The notes under the pieces were generated by a model that had not been told where the DNA came from, made no database searches, and was given only the letters and a program-made list of their open reading frames with translations. From positions 395,095 to 459,094 of the forward strand of contig JBBDRA010000003.1 in NCBI GenBank assembly GCA_040905715.1: a stretch of DNA of 64,000 nucleotides, read 5' to 3'. This DNA is from Minisyncoccota bacterium (GTDB taxonomy: Bacteria; Patescibacteriota; Minisyncoccia; Phycocordibacterales; CSBR16-193). Below, in pieces: positions 1-8,788 of this stretch (position 1 is its first letter; the number at the start of each line of letters is the position of its first letter). The position numbers and the translations under genes are program-made.

Positions 1-554
1 TGGTTCCGGTCGGCTCTGACCAAAAACAGCACGTTGAGTATGCCCGCGACTTCGCCGAAAAATTTAACACTGTCTATGGTGATACCTTTCGTATTCCTGA
101 ACCGTATATTCTCGAGGAAACAAAAACCGTGCCCGGTACTGACGGACGAAAAATGAGTAAAAGCTATAACAACTATATAGGACTTTTCGCCAGTGACGAG
201 GAAATAGAGAAAGGGATAATGAGTATACCAACTGATTCTCAGCCGCTCGAGAGCCCCAAGACAAACTACGAGAATGATACGCTCTATCAGCTTCATACTC
301 ACTTTACGACCGGTTCCGAGCTCGACAAGGTGAACGAGGGCTACCGGGAAGGCGGGCTTGGCTATAAAGAATCCAAAGAGATACTTATTAAAAGCCTCAA
401 GGAATTCATCGACCCGCTTCGCCGGAAACGAGAGGTTGTCGCGAACGATACAGACCATGTCTTCTCCGTACTTGACGAAGGGGCACGAGCTGCACAAGGA
501 GAAGCGACTGAGAAGATGAACGAAGTACGCACAAAGATCGGTCTTACTTCTTGA
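1..554 (+). CDS. trpS: Tryptophanyl-tRNA synthetase, C-terminal part (5' end lies upstream of the window)
   Basis: Translation from nt 3 reads VPVGSDQKQHVEYARDFAEKFN...GRKMSKS (class I KMSKS signature) followed by a TrpRS-like anticodon-binding tail; stop at 554. Confidence 0.85.
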   Translation, partial: VPVGSDQKQHVEYARDFAEKFNTVYGDTFRIPEPYILEETKTVPGTDGRKMSKSYNNYIGLFASDEEIEKGIMSIPTDSQPLESPKTNYENDTLYQLHTHFTTGSELDKVNEGYREGGLGYKESKEILIKSLKEFIDPLRRKREVVANDTDHVFSVLDEGARAAQGEATEKMNEVRTKIGLTS

Positions 555-585
555 TCAAGAACAAACTATTTAGTAATACTCATTT

Positions 586-1977
586 ATGGAAAATCGAATT
601 TACATACAAGATCTACACGAACATATCGGCTCAGAAGTAACTCTGGCTGGATGGGTTGATGTACGCCGAGACCACGGGAAGCTTATTTTCATAGACCTAC
701 GTGACGCAACCGGAAAAGTACAGATGGTCGCCTTACCTAAGAACAAAGCTGCTCACGTGGCCGCAAGCGCAGTGCGTCCGGAGTGGGTCATCAAGGTTGT
801 AGGGGAAGTAAAGGAACGCCCGGAAAAGATGGTTAATCCGGATCTGCCAAACGGCGATCTTGAGTTTGTCGTTACCGAGATGGAGGTGCTTGCTGAGGCG
901 CAGTCACTGCCGTTTGATCTCGATAGCGATCTGAACCTCGATACACTGCTTGATTATCGACCGCTCACGCTCCGAAGAAGTCGTGAACACGCTATTTTCA
1001 AGGTTCAATCTGCTATCGTCAACGCCTATCGAACTTTTTTAAACAATGAAGGCTTTACTGAGTTCCAGTCACCTAAGATCATCGGGGCTGATGCCGAAGG
1101 GAGCGGTGAAGTATTTGAGGTTAAATATCTTTACGATCGCATTGCTCACTTAGCGACTTCGCCCCAGCTTTACAAACAAATGCTCGTTGGTGTCTTTGAG
1201 CGGGTATTCACTGTCGGGAATGTTTTTCGCTCAGAAAAACACGCGACGTCGCGCCACTTGAATGAATATACCTCGCTCGACATGGAGATGGGGTTCATCA
1301 CTGATCATACTGACATTATGAAAGTTGAAACGAACCTTCTTCGTTCTGTGTGCGAACATTTACGTAACACCTGCGAGAAGGAGTTTTCCTTGTGTGGCTC
1401 CGAGATCCCTACTGTCCCTGAGAATATTCCAAGCATGAAGCTCCGAGAGGCTCAAGAGCTTATATACAAAGAAACCGGGAAAGATGTCAGGGAAGAGCCG
1501 GACCTTGAACCCGAAGATGAACGGTGGATGTGTGAATGGTCCAAACGCGAACATGATTCAGATTTTATGTTCATAACTCACTACCCGGTCTCGAAGCGAC
1601 CATTCTATACCTATGAAGATGAACAAGATCCGGGCTTTACGAAAAGTTTCGATCTTTTATTCCGTGGCGTAGAAATAACCACCGGCGGGCAACGTCGCCA
1701 CCTCTATGAGAGCATAGTAGAAGGAGCACGGCTGAAAAACCTGGATCCTGAGAACTTTGAATTTTATCTACAGGCATTCAAATACGGTATGCCGCCTCAT
1801 GGGGGGTGGGGAATGGGGCTCGAACGGCTTACCGCACGATTTCTGAACATTCCAAACGTAAAAGAAGCAACCTTGTTCCCGCGAGATATTAATCGTATCG
1901 ATACACGATTATCATCGGATGAGGAAGAGGGTTCAAGCGAAGCACCCGAAGAAAATATCAAAAATAATGCATCCTAA
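586..1977 (+). CDS. aspS: Aspartyl/asparaginyl-tRNA synthetase, class IIb, archaeal/non-discriminating-type length (463 aa)
   Basis: N-terminal OB anticodon-binding fold. Class II motif 2 FRSEKHATSRHLNEYTSLDME and motif 3 GMPPHGGWGMGLERL. Confidence 0.8.
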   Translation: MENRIYIQDLHEHIGSEVTLAGWVDVRRDHGKLIFIDLRDATGKVQMVALPKNKAAHVAASAVRPEWVIKVVGEVKERPEKMVNPDLPNGDLEFVVTEMEVLAEAQSLPFDLDSDLNLDTLLDYRPLTLRRSREHAIFKVQSAIVNAYRTFLNNEGFTEFQSPKIIGADAEGSGEVFEVKYLYDRIAHLATSPQLYKQMLVGVFERVFTVGNVFRSEKHATSRHLNEYTSLDMEMGFITDHTDIMKVETNLLRSVCEHLRNTCEKEFSLCGSEIPTVPENIPSMKLREAQELIYKETGKDVREEPDLEPEDERWMCEWSKREHDSDFMFITHYPVSKRPFYTYEDEQDPGFTKSFDLLFRGVEITTGGQRRHLYESIVEGARLKNLDPENFEFYLQAFKYGMPPHGGWGMGLERLTARFLNIPNVKEATLFPRDINRIDTRLSSDEEEGSSEAPEENIKNNAS

Positions 1978-2185
1978 ACCCGGTATTTATAAGCATTTTA
2001 AAGGCGATAAATATCGCGTGATTGGTGTTTGCAAACACAGCGAGACCCTTGAAGAACTAGTGATGTATGAAGCGCTGTACGACAACCCGGAGTCGAAACT
2101 TTGGGTTCGACCGCTTGGTATCTTTATGGAGACAATAGAGAGAGGAGATACAAAAACACCGCGGTTTCAATTTTTGAAAGACTAA
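1967..2185 (+). CDS. DUF1653-family small protein
   Basis: GIYKHFKGDKYRVIGVCKHSETLEELVMYEALY matches the DUF1653 pattern. Start chosen at the internal Met overlapping the aspS stop; the ORF track begins at 1919. Confidence 0.5.
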   Translation: MHPKPGIYKHFKGDKYRVIGVCKHSETLEELVMYEALYDNPESKLWVRPLGIFMETIERGDTKTPRFQFLKD

Positions 2186-2195
2186 ATACGTATTT

Positions 2196-2528
2196 ATGGA
2201 ACTTATTTACATTATACTGGCGGCTATCGTAGGTGGTGGAGTCATGTATACGGCAATTTCACGTATCCGGTGCAAAAACGAAGGATTCGAAAAGGAAGCG
2301 GGAAGTAGCGACTTGATCGCTACGCAATCGCTGGAAAAAGAAGAGAACCTTGCTCAGGTAATGCATCTGTTTGACACAAAAGACGAGATCGCCAACGACG
2401 ATGTCGAGAATACGCTCGGCGTATCCGACGCCACTGCAAGCAGGTACTTATCCGAGCTTGAAGAACAGGGACAGGTAAAACAAATAGGAGAAACCGGTCA
2501 CGCAGTGACCTACAAAAAGGTGATCTAG
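2196..2528 (+). CDS. Membrane-anchored protein with C-terminal winged-helix (HTH) domain
   Basis: N-terminal hydrophobic helix (IYIILAAIVGGGVMY); C-terminus VENTLGVSDATASRYLSELEEQGQV resembles DeoR/MarR-like wHTH. Confidence 0.4.
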   Translation: MELIYIILAAIVGGGVMYTAISRIRCKNEGFEKEAGSSDLIATQSLEKEENLAQVMHLFDTKDEIANDDVENTLGVSDATASRYLSELEEQGQVKQIGETGHAVTYKKVI

Positions 2529-2536
2529 AAAGATAT

Positions 2537-2566
2537 TTCAACGCCTCAACGCGTTGAGGCGTTGAA
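2537..2566. repeat. 30-bp perfect palindrome TTCAACGCCTCAACG|CGTTGAGGCGTTGAA just after a stop codon (copy 1 of 2)
   Basis: Self-complementary by direct reading. The same core GAACGCCTCAACGCGTTGAGGCGTT recurs at 63261-63288. Confidence 0.7.
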
Positions 2567-2623
2567 ACGTAAGCACATCAAGAAATGAAAACTGTTCACC
2601 TGATGTAAAAAGCGACAAGGGTA

Positions 2624-2660
2624 AAACAAAAGCCGCCGGTTACACCGGTGGCTTTTGTTC
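2624..2660. terminator. Bidirectional intrinsic terminator between convergent genes
   Basis: AAAAGCCGCCGGTTACACCGGTGGCTTTTGTT: GC stem flanked by an A-run upstream and a T-run downstream. Confidence 0.5.
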
Positions 2661-2688
2661 AGTATAGCGCTCACTCAATTCAATATCG

Positions 2689-3408
2689 CTAGTGATGGCG
2701 CTGCTGATCTCCTGCATGTCCTCCCTGATGACTTCCTGTGGTCGTATCAAGTCGTTCCAAGATCTCACTTGCCTTACTCTGTCCACCAAGACCAAACGCC
2801 AGAGCAACAGCTAATACAAGACCGGCAAACAAGATCTCGATAAGTGACTCAGCGATACCAAGCTGTAAGAGGGCAGCGAGTGTTGCAAAGGTTATGACGG
2901 CGACCTTCGCTATTGTTCCCAGCAAAGCTGTATTTTTAACCGGTAATCGTGTTGCTGTTGCGCCGGAACTTATCAGGCGACCCAAGAAATTGCCGGCGAT
3001 CATACCAACCGCAAGAATAATGATCGCTACAATAACGTTAGGAATGTAAAACAGGATCTCTCGCAAGAACGATGTCACTTCCTCCCAGCCCAGAATATCA
3101 GCTGCGGCGAGAAGAAAAACAATGATAAAGAACCACTTTACTACCTTACCGATCAGCCACGAGAACGTGAAGTTCAACTGAGAACGCCTCATCATATCAG
3201 TGAGTCCACTGCGCTCACTTAATTCATCGATCTTGGCGAGTGAGAGCAATTTTTGAGTTAGCGATCCCAGGAACGAAGCGATAATAAGACCCAGGATAAA
3301 AACGAACAAGGCACTCAGCACCTCGGGTAGGTAGTCGAGGAAGGTGAGCCAAACGTTGTTCAATGACTCAAGTATTTGATCAACGATCACGGTAAATTGG
3401 TTTTGCAT
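2689..3408 (-). CDS. Multi-pass membrane protein with repeated conserved TM-helix motifs (MscS-associated type)
   Basis: 239-aa ORF with four or more hydrophobic helices and repeated LxxIxxGxxxA segments; no catalytic motif recognised. Confidence 0.4.
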   Translation of the reverse strand: MQNQFTVIVDQILESLNNVWLTFLDYLPEVLSALFVFILGLIIASFLGSLTQKLLSLAKIDELSERSGLTDMMRRSQLNFTFSWLIGKVVKWFFIIVFLLAAADILGWEEVTSFLREILFYIPNVIVAIIILAVGMIAGNFLGRLISSGATATRLPVKNTALLGTIAKVAVITFATLAALLQLGIAESLIEILFAGLVLAVALAFGLGGQSKASEILERLDTTTGSHQGGHAGDQQRHH

Positions 3409-3685
3409 AAATACGTATCTTAAATAATTAATAATGTATAACTCATTATGGTGATTTGACTCCCGGCACTATTAGTGGGGATACACAGTATTGAAGACAC
3501 GCTATACCATTCTGCACATACACCCTAAAAATTAGAACACAAAGAAGAGGGGGATGGTCAAGTTACCGCTATAATACAGGGCTTCCAGGCATCCCCACGG
3601 GCGCTTTGGAGTAAAGTAAAATAAGTAAAGGAATACGTAATACCAAAGCAATACACCAGAGCAATACATACGGTCGACATGATCA

Positions 3686-3711
3686 ATAAAAAACCCCTCG
3701 CATAGCAAGGG
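3686..3711 (-). terminator. Intrinsic terminator on minus strand inside a 530-bp gene-free gap
   Basis: Minus strand reads CCCCTTGCTATGCGAGGGGTTTTTTATT (stem with one mismatch, then U-run). On the plus strand this appears as an A-run then the stem. Confidence 0.5.
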
Positions 3712-3937
3712 GTAGGACGGTGGGTGGCCAAAAGGCCGAAGGAAGAAACGTAGTGTGTAGTACTGCTTTTGATTATAACCAGTATTAAACCTTTTGCAAG
3801 TAGCAGGGTTGTGGATAAGTTCTTACGGTGCTGTTTGTATACGCCTCCTTTCGCCAACGTTAGCAATACTATATCAGCTCAATAACACATATCTATTCGC
3901 ATCTAATAAACACTGATCTTCTGCTATACTACAAGCA

Positions 3938-4750
3938 ATGTCCGACCTGCTGGCGAATAATCAAATAGACGACCAGGACGCTCAAATTAATGGAAAGAAG
4001 GGTTTCAAGGTCAAAACAGAGGCTTTTGAAGGGCCATTGGACCTACTGCTGTCTCTGATCCAGAAGCGCAAACTTTTCATTAGTGATATTTCACTTGCTC
4101 AGGTAACCGACGACTATTTGACTCACCTTCAAGAACTTGAGCAATTTCCGGTTGCCGATAGCGCTCAGTTCATTCTCACCTCATCAACCTTGGTTTTGAT
4201 AAAGTCAAAATCGCTTTTACCGACTCTGGACCTTACCGACGAAGAGGAAGAGGACATCGAAGAGCTTGAGGAACGACTCAAGGCATACCAGAGAATACAG
4301 GATCTTTCGGTACACATACGCGACCTCTATGGTGAACAACTCATGGCGAGCGGGTGCTCACATCTTAATAAGACACCGGTTTTTTCACCAACTGACGAGA
4401 TAACACCAGCCAACCTCAGCGAAGCAATGAGAAGTGTCCTGAGCAGACTTCCAAAGCAAGAGCAAATACCGCAGACACAGGTAAAGAAGGTGGTGAGTCT
4501 CAAAGAGACGATAGAACGGCTGAGTGAGCGTATTCAAAGGAGTTTACGGGGCCGATTCTCTGAATTCTCCGGCTATCATCGAGGCAAGGAACTGAGCATG
4601 GAAGAGCGGGTAACGGTAGTGGTGAGTTTTCTGGCTATGCTCGAATTAGTCAAAACCGGACTGGTTCAGGTGAGCCAGCGATCTCATTTTGATGAGATCG
4701 AAATGGAGCACAGTGATATTGGTATTCCTCGTTATAATTCGTTAGAATAG
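3938..4750 (+). CDS. scpA: Segregation and condensation protein A
   Basis: FEGPLDLLLSLIQKRKLFISDISLAQVTDDYLTHL is the ScpA signature; adjacent to scpB. Confidence 0.8.
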   Translation: MSDLLANNQIDDQDAQINGKKGFKVKTEAFEGPLDLLLSLIQKRKLFISDISLAQVTDDYLTHLQELEQFPVADSAQFILTSSTLVLIKSKSLLPTLDLTDEEEEDIEELEERLKAYQRIQDLSVHIRDLYGEQLMASGCSHLNKTPVFSPTDEITPANLSEAMRSVLSRLPKQEQIPQTQVKKVVSLKETIERLSERIQRSLRGRFSEFSGYHRGKELSMEERVTVVVSFLAMLELVKTGLVQVSQRSHFDEIEMEHSDIGIPRYNSLE

Positions 4751-4764
4751 TTGAGCTTTGCATT

Positions 4765-5403
4765 ATGAAAACTGAATCTCAGATAGAAAGCATATTGTTC
4801 GTCAAAGGGGAGCCGGTAAAGCACTCTACGCTGTGCGAGGTCCTTGATATCTCTACTGAAGAGCTGAGAAATGCTCTTGTAAAACTTGAGCAGAACCTTC
4901 AGATCGAAGGAAGTGAGCGGGGTATACGGCTTGTACAAACCACTGACACCGTAGAACTGGCAGCAGCACCTGAGGCACACGAGCTTGTTGAAACACTTAA
5001 CAAAAAAGAGCTAACGAAACGACTTGGTCGAGCAGGCCTCGAGACCCTGACCATAGTACTGTACCAAGGGCCGGTAAGCCGCCGAGATATTGACTACATA
5101 CGCGGGGTAAATTCCACTGCCATTTTACGCAACCTGACCATTCGCGGCCTTATCGAACGACGCGAATCAGAAGACGGTAAACAAGCGATCGTGTACCAAC
5201 CGACCACTCAGCTTTTGCGCCATCTTGGTATATCGAGCACCAAGGAATTACCGGAACATGATGATATAGGAGATAAAGTAGAGCAATTTTACGAGACCAA
5301 TGAGCCGGACGACGTTCAAGCCATTGAGCAAGATGAGGAGCAGAGCGACACTTCAGGTTCACCTGATGAAGAAAGGAGCGAAAGCCAACAACGTACCTCC
5401 TAA
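4765..5403 (+). CDS. scpB: Segregation and condensation protein B
   Basis: IESILFVKGEPV...LETLTIVLYQGPVSRRDIDYIRGV are ScpB winged-helix repeats; acidic C-terminal tail. Confidence 0.8.
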   Translation: MKTESQIESILFVKGEPVKHSTLCEVLDISTEELRNALVKLEQNLQIEGSERGIRLVQTTDTVELAAAPEAHELVETLNKKELTKRLGRAGLETLTIVLYQGPVSRRDIDYIRGVNSTAILRNLTIRGLIERRESEDGKQAIVYQPTTQLLRHLGISSTKELPEHDDIGDKVEQFYETNEPDDVQAIEQDEEQSDTSGSPDEERSESQQRTS

Positions 5404-5432
5404 CGCCTGGTACCCGATCCAACACCTAAATC

Positions 5433-6455
5433 ATGAGATCATTACGATCATTTTTTCAAAAAATTAACCTACCGGAAGAAAACACCGGAATAAAAGCACT
5501 CAGTTATGGAGTGCTTGTTTTAGCAATGTCGGCTTTGATCCTTACCACAACACTCTGGAACCCTGAAACCAAAAGTGACGAGAGCAATAGTCAAACAGCC
5601 ACTCAGGATGAAGTTATCCGGGAGACGGAGGAGAAACCTGATCCGTTCAAGGGAATCCGCCTTCAAGCTGAAGCAGCGTACGTACTTGATACAACAACGG
5701 GTGAAGTACTGTTCGAGAAGAATGCCACCAAACATTGGCCTCTTGCTTCTATCACAAAGGTTATGACCGCAATGACCGCCCTAGATCTTATCCCTGATCA
5801 TACAGTAGTGACGGTTGACCAGAACGCGATGCTGATAGAAGGGGACAACGGACTGTACCGGGATGAGCAATGGTCACTTCAAGATCTGCTTGATTTTAGT
5901 TTAGTAACATCTTCAAACAGTGGATCCGGGGCGATCGCCTCTATTGCCGGGGCGATACATAACGGACCGGCCACAACGACTTTTGATGATAACGTCGCAT
6001 TTTTTGTTTCCGCAATGAACCAAAAAGCCCGAGAAATAGGACTTGCTGACACTGAGTTTCATAATCCTCACGGACTGGACACCGATGAGGAAAACAGCGG
6101 ATCATACAGCACTGCACGAGATACTGCGCTCATGATGGAATATGCTCTTGCCAACTATCCCGACCTTCTTGATTCAACTCGACGGCCATACATAACTCGC
6201 ACATCACTAGCAGACATAACTCATGTGGTAAATAATACAAACAAGGTTGTAAACCGTATACCCGGTGTTATTGCCTCTAAAACCGGGTATACCGACCTAT
6301 CAGGAGGTAACCTTGTGGTCGCGTTTGATGCAGGGCTTAACCACCCGATCATTGTTGTGGTGCTTGGTTCCGGCTATGATGAGCGATTCAGTGATGTGCT
6401 ACAATTAGTAAACGCCTCTATTGACGCAACATCTGATATTACACAAACGGAGTAG
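5433..6455 (+). CDS. dacA: D-alanyl-D-alanine carboxypeptidase (S11, PBP5-like)
   Basis: Signal/TM N-terminus; SITKVMTA (SxxK), SSN (SxN) and KTGYT (KTG) motifs in canonical order. Confidence 0.75.
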   Translation: MRSLRSFFQKINLPEENTGIKALSYGVLVLAMSALILTTTLWNPETKSDESNSQTATQDEVIRETEEKPDPFKGIRLQAEAAYVLDTTTGEVLFEKNATKHWPLASITKVMTAMTALDLIPDHTVVTVDQNAMLIEGDNGLYRDEQWSLQDLLDFSLVTSSNSGSGAIASIAGAIHNGPATTTFDDNVAFFVSAMNQKAREIGLADTEFHNPHGLDTDEENSGSYSTARDTALMMEYALANYPDLLDSTRRPYITRTSLADITHVVNNTNKVVNRIPGVIASKTGYTDLSGGNLVVAFDAGLNHPIIVVVLGSGYDERFSDVLQLVNASIDATSDITQTE

Positions 6456-6508
6456 GTCACTATTTTCAACATACACCGCCATGAAGGCTTCACGCTATAA
6501 TCTCGTCT

Positions 6509-7582
6509 ATGATCATCGATATCGTTAAAGTTATTCTCCCGGCAATTCTTGCGTTTTGGATCGGTATCGCGATCACGCCGTTTCTGACTGATTTTCTTTA
6601 CAAGCACCAGATGTGGAAGAAGAGATCCGGGAAGAAGGACTCGAACGGCATTGCTACGAAGATATTCAACCAACTTCACAAGACACGTGAGGTGGGCACA
6701 CCGAGATTAGGCGGTGTTGTTATTTGGGCATCGGCCACCATTACCATTGCAACTATCTGGTTGATGGCTTTCTTTGCCCCCAACGATCTGACCACCAAGC
6801 TAGACTTCCTCTCGCGGAGCCAAACCTGGGTACCGCTTGTAACACTGCTCGTGGGTGCGTTTGTTGGTCTTGTCGATGATCTCTTTGAGATAACCGGTGT
6901 TATTTCAAGAGTGTCGGGTGGACTTTCGCTTAAGGTACGTCTCGCGATCGTAACAACTGTCGGCGTGCTATGCGGCCTCTGGTTCTTTATGAAACTCGAT
7001 GTGACCGCTATAGGACTGCCGTTCGTTGACGCGCTCCAGATCGGCTGGCTTATTGTTCCACTTTTTGCCATTGTCCTGATCGCCATCTACTCAGGTGGTG
7101 TCATAGACGGGATAGACGGTCTTGCCGGCGGTGTTTTTGCGTCTATGTTTGCCGCTTACGCAGGCATTGCGTTCTATCAACAACAGATCAATCTTGCCGC
7201 TTTCAGTGCAATGATGGTCGGTGCAATCCTAGCGTTCCTCTGGTTTAATATTCCACCCGCCCGTTTTTATATGTCTGAGACCGGCTCGATGGCTCTCACG
7301 ATCACGCTTGGAGTCATCGCCTTCATGACCGACTCGCTTGGTGGGGGATACGGTCTTTTGGTGCTTCCGATCATCGGATTTCCGCTCGTGATGACCGTTC
7401 TCTCAAATATTATCCAGGTTACCTCAAAACGATTACGAGGAGGCAAAAAAGTATTCCTTGTTGCTCCGATTCACCATCATTTTGAAGCTATCGGCTGGCC
7501 CGCATACAAGGTCACGATGCGTTACTGGATCCTCGGTATCGTTGCCGCACTCTTAGGAATGATCTTAGCCCTCATTGGTTAG
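6509..7582 (+). CDS. mraY: Phospho-N-acetylmuramoyl-pentapeptide transferase
   Basis: 10-TM protein; PRLGGV, GLVDD, and APIHHHFEAIGWPAYKVTMRYW motifs. Confidence 0.9.
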   Translation: MIIDIVKVILPAILAFWIGIAITPFLTDFLYKHQMWKKRSGKKDSNGIATKIFNQLHKTREVGTPRLGGVVIWASATITIATIWLMAFFAPNDLTTKLDFLSRSQTWVPLVTLLVGAFVGLVDDLFEITGVISRVSGGLSLKVRLAIVTTVGVLCGLWFFMKLDVTAIGLPFVDALQIGWLIVPLFAIVLIAIYSGGVIDGIDGLAGGVFASMFAAYAGIAFYQQQINLAAFSAMMVGAILAFLWFNIPPARFYMSETGSMALTITLGVIAFMTDSLGGGYGLLVLPIIGFPLVMTVLSNIIQVTSKRLRGGKKVFLVAPIHHHFEAIGWPAYKVTMRYWILGIVAALLGMILALIG

Positions 7583-7660
7583 GTCTTCGCAAGATACAAG
7601 ATCGAGCTGTTTCAGCGGCACGTACGCACAACTCGAAAAGTCACGCCTCGTACGTACACC

Positions 7661-8779
7661 ATGACTACTCACAAACGCACATTTGACCGACCGTTTTTCA
7701 TAGCCGCTCTCATTCTTGTTGTAGGCGGCTTTTTCATATTTATTTCTGCCTCACTAGGACTCCTTGCACAAGAGAGGGTTACTTTTTCTGATGTTGTATT
7801 AAAGCAGTTCCTTTTTGGTTTAGTTGGTGGAACCGGGGCAATGTTCATTGTGAGTCATATACACTACCGTAACTGGCGCGCGTATGCGTTCTATGTTTTT
7901 TGTGCGTCGATTATTCTGACGCTTCTTGTTTTTATACCTCAGATCAGTTTTGAGCATGGTGGCGCCCGGCGATGGCTTTCACTCGGGCCGTTCACACTTC
8001 AACCATCTGAGGTTCTTAAGATCGGATTCGTTATCTATTTTGCTGCTTGGCTTTCCGGTGTGCGAAAGCGTGTTCACACATATTTATACGGGCTTCTACC
8101 ATTTCTTGTTTTACTTGTTATAACCGGAGCAATAGTACTCGGTCAGCGAGATACTGACACCTTTGCCATGATCGTGTTCGCGGGACTCGCTATGTACATG
8201 GTTGCCGGAGCGCGCTGGCGTCATATAGGTATTGTGATAGCAGCCGGACTAAGCGGGGCAGTGGTACTCGCATTATCACGACCATATATTATGGGTCGCA
8301 TTCTTACGTTTCTTGATCCCACGCAGGATCCGCTTGGCGCCAGTTACCAGATCCGTCAATCCTTGATCGCGATCGGTTCCGGTGGATTTTCCGGACGAGG
8401 TTTTGGCCAGAGCATCCAAAAGTTTGGCTTTCTGCCTGAACCTATCGGAGACTCCATCTTTGCAGTTGCCGCAGAGGAGTTCGGTTTCATTGGAAGCTTC
8501 GCGATCATTGCGCTTTTTATCTTTTTTGCATATCGAGGTCTTTACATCGCGGCTCGGGCTCCTGATTTCTTTTCTCGACTTTTGGTGGTCGGAATTGTTA
8601 TACTGATCGTTGTCCAATCATTTATGAACATAGCGGCAATGCTTGGCATGATTCCGCTCTCCGGAATGCCGCTCTTGTTCATAAGTCACGGCGGTACTGC
8701 ACTTATAATAACCCTTGTTGAGGTTGGTATTATACTCAACGTATCCAAATATATGACCAGTAAACCTTCTAACTTTTAA
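7661..8779 (+). CDS. ftsW: SEDS-family peptidoglycan glycosyltransferase FtsW/RodA
   Basis: GARRWLSLGPFTLQPSEVLKIGFVIYFAAWL and C-terminal SHGGTA motifs; sits between mraY and murG. Confidence 0.85.
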   Translation: MTTHKRTFDRPFFIAALILVVGGFFIFISASLGLLAQERVTFSDVVLKQFLFGLVGGTGAMFIVSHIHYRNWRAYAFYVFCASIILTLLVFIPQISFEHGGARRWLSLGPFTLQPSEVLKIGFVIYFAAWLSGVRKRVHTYLYGLLPFLVLLVITGAIVLGQRDTDTFAMIVFAGLAMYMVAGARWRHIGIVIAAGLSGAVVLALSRPYIMGRILTFLDPTQDPLGASYQIRQSLIAIGSGGFSGRGFGQSIQKFGFLPEPIGDSIFAVAAEEFGFIGSFAIIALFIFFAYRGLYIAARAPDFFSRLLVVGIVILIVVQSFMNIAAMLGMIPLSGMPLLFISHGGTALIITLVEVGIILNVSKYMTSKPSNF

Positions 8780-8788
8780 GCCTGATAC

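Noticed and set aside
3558-3866. 102-aa minus-strand ORF in the 3.4-3.9 kb gap
   Set aside because: Low-complexity product; the frame runs through an intrinsic terminator hairpin plus U-run and through an AAAGGAGG stretch. More likely non-coding; see the ncRNA-candidate finding.
6676-7086. Antisense or shadow ORFs inside well-supported genes (e.g. 6676-7086, 10030-10385, 20722-21487, 46191-47172, 53618-54206, 56815-57775)
   Set aside because: They lie opposite to or overlap strongly supported conserved genes and show no motifs; these are typical frame-shadow ORFs.
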